Shown here in pieces: positions 25,822 through 32,411 of a DNA stretch of 32,411 nt; positions within the stretch are counted from its first letter, which is position 1, and each line of letters starts with the position of its first letter. Source of the DNA: a virus (taxonomy: Duplodnaviria > Caudoviricetes). Made by a program: the position numbers and the translations under genes. Under the pieces are notes generated by a model, which ran no database searches, was not told where the DNA came from, and saw only the letters and a program-made list of their open reading frames with translations. The stretch covers positions 1 to 32,411 of the IMG/VR virus record IMGVR_UViG_3300024988_000224; one strand, 5' to 3'.

Positions 25822-27492
25822 ATGGCCCGCAATCTGATCCTGACCGACCGCTGGGGCTATGAGGTGGATCGCGCCAGCCTGACCCGCGATGTCGGGGCGC
25901 CGAGCCTTTCGGGGGCGCGCTCGCCGCTGACCTCCTATCCGGGCGACGGGCTGAACCCGCTGCGGCTGGCGCAGATCCTGCGCGCGGCCGATCACGGCGA
26001 TCCGGTGCGCTATATGGAACTGGCCGAGGTGATCGAGGAACGCGACCCGCATTATCTGGGCGTGATCGGCACCCGGAAGCGGTCGGTCTCGCAGCTCGAC
26101 ATCACGGTCGAGGCCGCCTCGGACGATGCCCATGACGGGAAGCTGGCGGATATGGTCCGCGACTGGGTCAAGCGCGACGAGCTGCAGCAGGAGCTGTTCC
26201 ATATCCTCGACTGCCTGTCGAAGGGTTATTCCGCCACGGCGATCATCTGGGATCATTCCGAGGGGCAGTATCTGCCGAAGGAGCTGGCCTGGCGCGATCC
26301 CCGGATCATCCGGTTTGCCCGTCACGATCTGGCGCGGCCGCTGATGCTGGATGACAGCGGACGCGAGGTGCCGCTGCCTGCCTTCCGCTTCGTCTTTGCC
26401 GATATCCCGGCCAAATCCGGCATCCTGCTGCGCGCCGGACTGGCGCGGGTTGCGATGTGGGGCTGGATGTTCAAGGCCTTCACCGGGCGCGACTGGGCGA
26501 TCTTCACCCAGACCTATGGCCAGCCGCTGCGGGTCGGCAAATGGCAGCCCGGGGCCAGCGAGCAGGACAAGGCCACGCTGTTCCGGGCGGTGGCCAATAT
26601 CGCCGGGGATTGCGCCGCGCTGATCCCCGACACGATGTCGATCGACTTCATCGAGTCGAAATCCATCGGCCAGTCGGGCGATCTGTACGAGAAGCGGGTC
26701 AATCACCTCGACCAGCAGATCTCGAAGGCGGTGCTGGGGCAGACCGCGACCACCGATGCCATCGCCGGGGGCCATGCGGTCGGGCGCGAGCACCGGCTGG
26801 TGCAGGAGGATATCGAGGGCGCGGATGCCAGCGCGCTTTCGGCGATCATCAACCGCGATGTGATCCGGCCGTGGATCCAGCTCGAGTTCGGGCCGCAGAA
26901 ACGGTATCCAAGGATTCGGATCGGCCGCCCGAAGACCGAGGATCTGAGCGCGCTGGCCACGGCCGTCGACAAGATGGTCCGTCTGGGGATGGAGATCGAA
27001 GAGGGCGAGATCCGCGCCCGCTTCGGTTTCTCTGAACCCAAGCCCGGCGCCCGGCTTCTGCGGGCGGCAGCGCCCGTTTCCACCGCTGATCTGGCCGGAT
27101 CGGCACCCTTGGGGGAGGGAGAGGACCGGGCTTCAAAATCTAAACGGGTTTCCGCCGAAATTAAACGGGGTCAGGGCCTCCCGGGCACAGAGACCGCCCT
27201 GCAGGCCGAAGGCCCCTCAGCGGCGATTTCTGGCGGTCCCGGCGCGGCCACAGATCCGGCTGCCGATCTGGCCGATCAGCTGGCCCGCGCCGCCCCGCCG
27301 GTGATCGACGGGATGATCGGCCAGATCGAGCTGATGATGACGGCTGCCGGCAGCCTCGAGGAGTTCCGGCAGATGCTGCTCGCGGGCTTCCCAAACCTTG
27401 ATGCGCAGGCCATGGCGCAGCTGATGGCGGAGGCCTTCCTGACCGCCGATCTGGCCGGGCGTCTGGATGCGGACGGGCGTGGCGATGGCTGA
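25822..27492 (+). CDS. Portal protein (Mu gp29/DUF935)
   Basis: 'E.IEERD.H', 'W..F...YG.P.RVGK', 'ISKAVLGQT.T' signatures. Confidence 0.92.
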   Translation: MARNLILTDRWGYEVDRASLTRDVGAPSLSGARSPLTSYPGDGLNPLRLAQILRAADHGDPVRYMELAEVIEERDPHYLGVIGTRKRSVSQLDITVEAASDDAHDGKLADMVRDWVKRDELQQELFHILDCLSKGYSATAIIWDHSEGQYLPKELAWRDPRIIRFARHDLARPLMLDDSGREVPLPAFRFVFADIPAKSGILLRAGLARVAMWGWMFKAFTGRDWAIFTQTYGQPLRVGKWQPGASEQDKATLFRAVANIAGDCAALIPDTMSIDFIESKSIGQSGDLYEKRVNHLDQQISKAVLGQTATTDAIAGGHAVGREHRLVQEDIEGADASALSAIINRDVIRPWIQLEFGPQKRYPRIRIGRPKTEDLSALATAVDKMVRLGMEIEEGEIRARFGFSEPKPGARLLRAAAPVSTADLAGSAPLGEGEDRASKSKRVSAEIKRGQGLPGTETALQAEGPSAAISGGPGAATDPAADLADQLARAAPPVIDGMIGQIELMMTAAGSLEEFRQMLLAGFPNLDAQAMAQLMAEAFLTADLAGRLDADGRGDG

Positions 27493-28762
27493 GGTCGGCT
27501 TCGGCTTCAACCAGCTCTTTGCCGAACAGCAGGCGGCCTTCCGGCTGCGGCTCGGCAATCTGCTGCCCACCGGCGCCTGGGATGACCTGCGTCATAACCA
27601 GCATGATCGGGCCTTCGTCGTTGCCGGGGCGCTGAAGGCGGATCTGCTGGCCGATCTGGCGGCGGCGGTCGACAAGGCGATCTCGCAGGGCACCTCGCTC
27701 GAGGTCTTCCGCAAGGACTTCCGCCAGATCGTGGCCCGGCATGGCTGGACCGGCTGGACCGGCGAAGGCAGCGCGAAGGGCGAGGCCTGGCGCACGCGGG
27801 TGATCTACCAGACCAACCTGCTGACCAGCTATGCGGCGGGGCGGCGGGCGCAGTTGCTGGCCGGGAAGTACAAATACTGGGTCTACCGCCATTCCGGGGC
27901 CGAACATCCCCGGCTGCATCACCTGGCGCTGGACGGCATCGCGCTGCCGCCGGATCATCCGTTCTGGGCGAAGTTCTTCCCGCCGAACGGCTGGGGCTGC
28001 GGCTGCCGGGTGTTCGGCGCACACACCGAAGCCGGGATCCGCCGGGTCGGCGGCGATCCCGGCAAGCAACTGCCGCCGGACTGGGACCGGCCCGACCCGC
28101 GCACCGGGCTCCCGAAAGGGCTCCAGAAGGGCTGGGATTACGCGCCGGGCGCCAGCACGGCCGAGACCATCCTGACGCTGAAGGACAAGCTGCCGCGCCT
28201 CCCGGCCCCGATTGGCGCGCGGCTGTTCGAAAGCTGGCCTGCGGGCAAGACTGCGGATCTCGACCGCGCCTTCGGTGCCTTTGTCGATCAGGCGCTCGGG
28301 CAATTTGTCCAGGGCCGCCATATGGTGATCGGCGCGCTGAAGCCGGGCTGGGTCGATGCGGCGATCCGGCATGGCGTGACGCCGGAAACCGCCGAGATCG
28401 TGGTGACCGATCTCAATGTGCAGCACACGTTCCGGGGCACGGATCATGTGACCGTCGCCTCGACCCGCGCGGTGCCGCGCCAGCCCAAGGCCGCGCCACT
28501 GGATCTGGACTGGTACAAGGGTATGCCGGGGCGGCTGGCGCACCCGAGGGCGGTGCTGCTGGACAAGACCTCTGGCGAGCCGGTCTTCCTGCTCGTCTAT
28601 GACGTGCCGGGGCAGAATGTGAAAATGGTCATCGAGATCAACAGCTGGGTGAAGAAGGCCAGGGCCACGTTCAACACCATGCAAACCGGCCGCTTCGTGA
28701 CCCTGAACGATCTGGCTGCCACACTCGGCGCCGGGGTCACGCTGATCGAAGGGAGGATCTGA
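27485..28762 (+). CDS. MuF (gp30) minor head protein with C-terminal extension, probably a BECR-fold nuclease
   Basis: MuF core 'RAFVVAG', 'IYQTN..TSY.AGR', 'R..H..LDG..L..DHPFW...PPNGWGC.C', 'GWDY.PG', then about 200 additional aa. Confidence 0.88.
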   Translation: MAEVGFGFNQLFAEQQAAFRLRLGNLLPTGAWDDLRHNQHDRAFVVAGALKADLLADLAAAVDKAISQGTSLEVFRKDFRQIVARHGWTGWTGEGSAKGEAWRTRVIYQTNLLTSYAAGRRAQLLAGKYKYWVYRHSGAEHPRLHHLALDGIALPPDHPFWAKFFPPNGWGCGCRVFGAHTEAGIRRVGGDPGKQLPPDWDRPDPRTGLPKGLQKGWDYAPGASTAETILTLKDKLPRLPAPIGARLFESWPAGKTADLDRAFGAFVDQALGQFVQGRHMVIGALKPGWVDAAIRHGVTPETAEIVVTDLNVQHTFRGTDHVTVASTRAVPRQPKAAPLDLDWYKGMPGRLAHPRAVLLDKTSGEPVFLLVYDVPGQNVKMVIEINSWVKKARATFNTMQTGRFVTLNDLAATLGAGVTLIEGRI

Positions 28763-28840
28763 GGCCGGGTTGGACTCGAACCAACATCAATTCCCAGCAA
28801 GCTGGCGAACCCCCTTGCCCATCGGGGTACACGGCCTCAG
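28759..28840 (-). ncRNA. tRNA-like RNA lacking an anticodon loop
   Basis: 9-bp closing stem CTGAGGCCG/CGGCCTCAG; TA then D-arm CCCC-GATGGGCAA-GGGG; arm TTC(G)CCAG-CTTG-CTGGGAA; 5-nt variable loop; perfect T-arm GTTGG-TTCGAGT-CCAAC. Confidence 0.72.
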
Positions 28841-28855
28841 GAGGACAATATAGTC

Positions 28856-29386
28856 ATGTTCACGATTGAAATAAAGGATGCGGAGGTAGAGCAGGCGCTG
28901 ACCGGGCTTCAGGCGCTGCTGTCCGACCTCAGCCAGGTGATGCGCCAGATCGGCGATGCGCTGGTGCAATCCACGCAGGACCGTATGCTGATCGGCCAGA
29001 GCCCGGACGGATCGCCCTTCGCCCCGCGCGCCGCCTCGACCCTGAAAGCCTATGAGAAGAAGGGCGCGAAACCCGGCCCCTATCCGCTCTGGCTGGAGGG
29101 GGACATGCGACGGGGCATCAACTTCCGGTCCGGCCCCGACTTCGTCTCGGTCGGATCAAATGCCCTGCAGGCTGCGGTCATGCAGTTCGGCGCGAAGCAG
29201 GGCCAGTTCGGCGCCCGCATGGGCCGGACCAGGCAGAAAGACGGCGGCCCCGCCTCCCGCGACTATTTCCAACACCTCCCCTGGGGCGACATCCCGGCCC
29301 GGCCTTTCCTCGGCCTCTCCGACACCGACCGCTCCAACATCCTCGATATCGTCCGCGAGGCCTTCGAGGCGCAGGTGGGAGGGTGA
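28856..29386 (+). CDS. Virion morphogenesis protein (Mu gpG-like)
   Basis: 'M..IG..L..ST..R...Q.PDG..F', 'VGSN...AA..QFG', 'IPARPFLGLS..D'. Confidence 0.9.
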   Translation: MFTIEIKDAEVEQALTGLQALLSDLSQVMRQIGDALVQSTQDRMLIGQSPDGSPFAPRAASTLKAYEKKGAKPGPYPLWLEGDMRRGINFRSGPDFVSVGSNALQAAVMQFGAKQGQFGARMGRTRQKDGGPASRDYFQHLPWGDIPARPFLGLSDTDRSNILDIVREAFEAQVGG

Positions 29387-29652
29387 TTTAGACCTGAGCC
29401 GACCATTCAATCCAAGTGTAACAATGCGAAGCAAGTTCCCCGATCCGGCGATGCGCTTCTATCGTACCTGTCAATCAACTGAATGCCTTGCTTTTCTGTG
29501 ACATTTCCCACGTGCAGTGGAGTATGATGACAGTGTCCGACAGCCTCACTAGTGTTATTCTTCCCGAATTTCTACAATGCAACACTGAGGTGAGATGACT
29601 AACACGAATCCGAAAAATGATTTGCTGTGCATGAAGCTTGCACGCCTACAAC

Positions 29653-31734
29653 TCAAATCAGCCACTCTACCTGGGTTCCGGTGATAGTAACAACACTGTA
29701 GAAAACACCGCCCGACACCCGAACCAGATGGTGCCCAGAGCCGTACTCATCAAAGCTGTCATCATCCAGAATGTTCTTGATGGACTGGTCGTAATGTGAC
29801 AGCGACGTTGTGATGGTACGCTTGTCGGCGTCAGTATATCGAACCTGAACGCCATCCAGAAGAACGTATAGGCCGTCGGGTTGCTTGCGGTTTCCTGTAA
29901 AATTCAACGTCTTGTCTTCCAACACAGCTGCAAAGCCAAGGCTGGTTAAATCAATCTGATCCGCATCATTCCCGATAATGTTGATACTGGATCCGGCGGC
30001 GAAGGGCGCATCGAAAATGAAACGGTCACTCTCGCCCGAGATGCTGCCGTAAATGTAGTAATCTGTCGGACCTTTCGTCGTATTGATGATGGTGACGGTT
30101 TCGCTTTCATCTGTGCCAGTCAGTAGAAACGGGGCGGCCCCGTCGGCCGTGCGCTTGTCGAGCTGCTTGATAGAAATCTTGACAGACGTCACGCCTTCCG
30201 CCAGAGCGACCTCTTCCACATTCTTGAAGACATAGCTGCCATTCTCGATCAGGGCAGCCAAGTCGATGCCTCCTCCCTTACGTTCGACCACGGTGTCAAA
30301 CCGACCAACAAGATAAAGATCCCGACCGGAACCGCCGGTCATCGTATCCCAGCCTGCCCCGCCATTCAGCACGTCATTGCCGTCACCGCCAAATAGGCCG
30401 TCGCGTCCGGCGCCCCCCAACAGCAGATCACTGCCTGCCCCGCCGAACACGGCATCGTCGCCGCCGCCAGCGAACAGAATGTCATTGCCTTCCTCGCCGA
30501 GCAGACGGTCGTCAAATCCCTTGGTGTCCTTCCATCTGGGATCAACCGGCCCGCTGTAGAACTGGGCGTAGACAAAGGCAGTCTGCGTAGTAACCAGGGT
30601 CTCCGCATCGGGATAATACCAATTGGCGTAAAGCACCGGGTTTCCGTTATATCCGTTGGTTCCAATTAGACGCGTGGGCTCGGTCTGATAGTTGTAGATG
30701 TTTCCATCCCCCGACACCGTATCATTGCCTTTTCCCGCATTGATAAGGTCCTTGCCCTCCTTGCCGATAACGATATCGGTCGTCTTATTCATAGAGTAGA
30801 GCGTATCGTTGCCACCCGACAGATCCACATAAGTCAGGGCGCTGTTCTTCGCGGTCAGACGGAAGATGTCATTTTCGGATGAGCCCAGGTAAAAACTGTT
30901 CCTCTTGGGGTCATAATTCGAAGGCAGAATTCCTATACCGAAATTTCGCGGATCAAATTCGATTTTTTGACCTTCGGAGGTGCGGACAAATATGTTGTCG
31001 GTGAAATCGATTTTACGGCCATAGGTTCCGGTTTCAATTCGGTCAAGCGACTCGATCACCGCTTTTATGGCATGGCTGTCCAATCTGCCAGAGCCATTGT
31101 CGACCCAGATACGATCTGTACCGCGGCCCCGTGCAAGTGGAGAAAATAGCTTATAGACCGGGTCGTTCTGAAATCCGAAATTGAACACGCCGGGTTTCAG
31201 GATTGGCGATTCGAACCCGATATAATCCGCACTGCTCCAGATTTCGGAACGCCCCCCGAATGCCAGAACATCCGAATGGAGCTTGTTGACGATCCACGCT
31301 CCAAGACTGTGCCCTGTCACAGTCAACTGAACACCGGGCGTCACCACCTTTTCAATCGCCGCCAAAAGTCGGCTGAATTCCAGAATATAAAAACTGCTCG
31401 CGGCATCAGCCCATCCGACCACGTCGGATTTTTTGAAAGAACCAATCTCGCTAAAATCTGTCCCGCGAAACGACAGGATGTATTCGGCCTTGGCCCCGCG
31501 GCCCGAACGCAAGAGCACCGCCGCGCCACGGCCATCCTCTGTCAGAAAGGTCCGGCCATCGCTGGATATGTTGCGCGAGGGTATGGTGCCATCCGCCAGA
31601 TTCCGGAGGTTCACTGGGATCCATCCTGAACCCTGCAACGCAGGATACAGATCATATGCCGCCTGAGAGGCCAGTGCGGCATCGCTCAACTGATCCCAAG
31701 TGACCTCGACGGGGGACTTATCCAGAAAAGACAT
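29653..31734 (-). CDS. Lipase-like (alpha/beta hydrolase) protein with RTX Ca-binding repeats; antisense moron
   Basis: 'LSFRGTD', 'VTGHSLG', 'NDPV' lipase-3-like motifs; multiple GGxGxDxL nonamers; no obvious signal peptide; lower GC than flanks. Confidence 0.85.
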   Translation of the reverse strand: MSFLDKSPVEVTWDQLSDAALASQAAYDLYPALQGSGWIPVNLRNLADGTIPSRNISSDGRTFLTEDGRGAAVLLRSGRGAKAEYILSFRGTDFSEIGSFKKSDVVGWADAASSFYILEFSRLLAAIEKVVTPGVQLTVTGHSLGAWIVNKLHSDVLAFGGRSEIWSSADYIGFESPILKPGVFNFGFQNDPVYKLFSPLARGRGTDRIWVDNGSGRLDSHAIKAVIESLDRIETGTYGRKIDFTDNIFVRTSEGQKIEFDPRNFGIGILPSNYDPKRNSFYLGSSENDIFRLTAKNSALTYVDLSGGNDTLYSMNKTTDIVIGKEGKDLINAGKGNDTVSGDGNIYNYQTEPTRLIGTNGYNGNPVLYANWYYPDAETLVTTQTAFVYAQFYSGPVDPRWKDTKGFDDRLLGEEGNDILFAGGGDDAVFGGAGSDLLLGGAGRDGLFGGDGNDVLNGGAGWDTMTGGSGRDLYLVGRFDTVVERKGGGIDLAALIENGSYVFKNVEEVALAEGVTSVKISIKQLDKRTADGAAPFLLTGTDESETVTIINTTKGPTDYYIYGSISGESDRFIFDAPFAAGSSINIIGNDADQIDLTSLGFAAVLEDKTLNFTGNRKQPDGLYVLLDGVQVRYTDADKRTITTSLSHYDQSIKNILDDDSFDEYGSGHHLVRVSGGVFYSVVTITGTQVEWLI

Positions 31735-32199
31735 CTGACACTCTACCTGTAGCTGAAACCCAAATGGACGCGATTAGAAAGGCCGGCGCTACAAACACCA
31801 TTAACAAGAGGCCCCTCCGCGCATCGGTAATGCTTGCCTTGGCCAGCTATGTGATCAAGCTTTTTCTGCTCATTTGGCACTCGAGAGGCAAAGAAGTATG
31901 CACATCAGATCGGCAGGAAACACTTGATACTTGCTGTTGTCAAAATTGCTCGTTTTTTGAGCATTTTCGGGGAACTATTTCGCTACCTTTGCTACGTTTG
32001 AGCTCAAGCTTGGCAGTGCCCGAATCCGTTTTCCAGCGACCATACACGCCGCAATGGTTCTGTGCCGACCGTGAAGAACTATGAACTTCCGTAGCTCGGG
32101 CCTGCGCGCGGTAACCTCGCCGCGCACGACTGAAGTGATGGCTTCCCTGGCATCGTCACGCCTGAGATGTCTCCTTCCCTCCACCCCCCTGACCCCCAG

Positions 32200-32223
32200 A
32201 CATCCGCACACCGTTGCGGATGT
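32200..32223 (+). promoter_or_regulatory. Putative late promoter activator site (PI-like)
   Basis: ACATCCGCA-N6-TGCGGATGT inverted repeat 33 bp before the protease ATG; shares a motif with 21602-21615. Confidence 0.55.
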
Positions 32224-32255
32224 TTTGGTTTTGGCTGGCGGGGGATGTTGGGTTC

Positions 32256-32411
32256 ATGTCGAACCCGCAGATCATCTCGCTTCAATCCACGTCGCTGCCC
32301 GAGGGCGGTGCCCCTGACTGGATCCATCTGATCCCGGCCGGGGCGGAGATCCTGACCGCCGATGCGCGCGGTCCCTATCGGCTTGTCGATCCGCAGGCGG
32401 TGATTGCCGCC
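32256..32411 (+). CDS. Mu gpI-like prohead protease, N-terminus (3' truncated by window)
   Basis: My translation MSNPQIISLQSTSLPEGGAPDWIHLIPAGAEILTADARGPYRLVDPQAVIAA contains the 'P.WI.L.PAG...D.RGP' motif; synteny after G. Confidence 0.82.
   Translation, partial: MSNPQIISLQSTSLPEGGAPDWIHLIPAGAEILTADARGPYRLVDPQAVIAA

Larger units (their letters stand above)
3543..32411 (+). mobile_element. Mu-like transposable prophage (left end, cargo, immunity, early, lysis and head genes; continues past the window)
   Basis: Gene order c-ner-A-B-gemA-mor-lysis-gp26/27/28/29-F-G-I; left boundary at 3543 or 3383 is inferred. Confidence 0.88.

Noticed and set aside
28759-28840. Functional tRNA gene
   Set aside because: No 7-nt anticodon loop (CUUG tetraloop instead), bulged acceptor stem and no CCA; kept only as a tRNA-like RNA
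29387-32200. Anti-CRISPR/aca genes at the G-I locus
   Set aside because: No convincing small + strand ORFs or HTH aca gene; ORFs 31764-32084 and 32081-32317 lack coding features

Overview
High-GC alphaproteobacterial (Rhodobacteraceae-like) DNA made up almost entirely of transposable (Mu-like) phage sequence. 1-3270 is the end of a tail module (J-like C-terminus, tail fibre, assembly genes). It is followed by a putative transposon right end (..CGCTACA, 3377), a 5-bp spacer, a matching left end (TGT.., 3383) and a second left-end-like region (3543-3785). 3.9-11.9 kb is defence cargo: C5 methyltransferase plus restriction endonuclease, a McrA-like HNH nuclease bracketed by repeats and a MITE, and a 1358-aa HigA-HTH/nuclease-like/helical protein with a perfect 26-bp operator. 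Next come a LexA-boxed adenine methyltransferase, the S24 repressor/ner switch, ParB-like, MuA, MuB, GemA, Mor/C, lysis, terminase, portal, MuF, G, an antisense lipase-RTX moron and the start of the I protease. The most striking signal is at 27.5-28.9 kb. MuF has a nuclease-like C-terminal extension and is followed not by an immunity ORF but by an antisense tRNA-shaped RNA whose anticodon loop is replaced by a stable CUUG tetraloop. This is a candidate toxin/tRNA-mimic RNA antitoxin system. All family assignments come from motif recognition and recall, not database searches.
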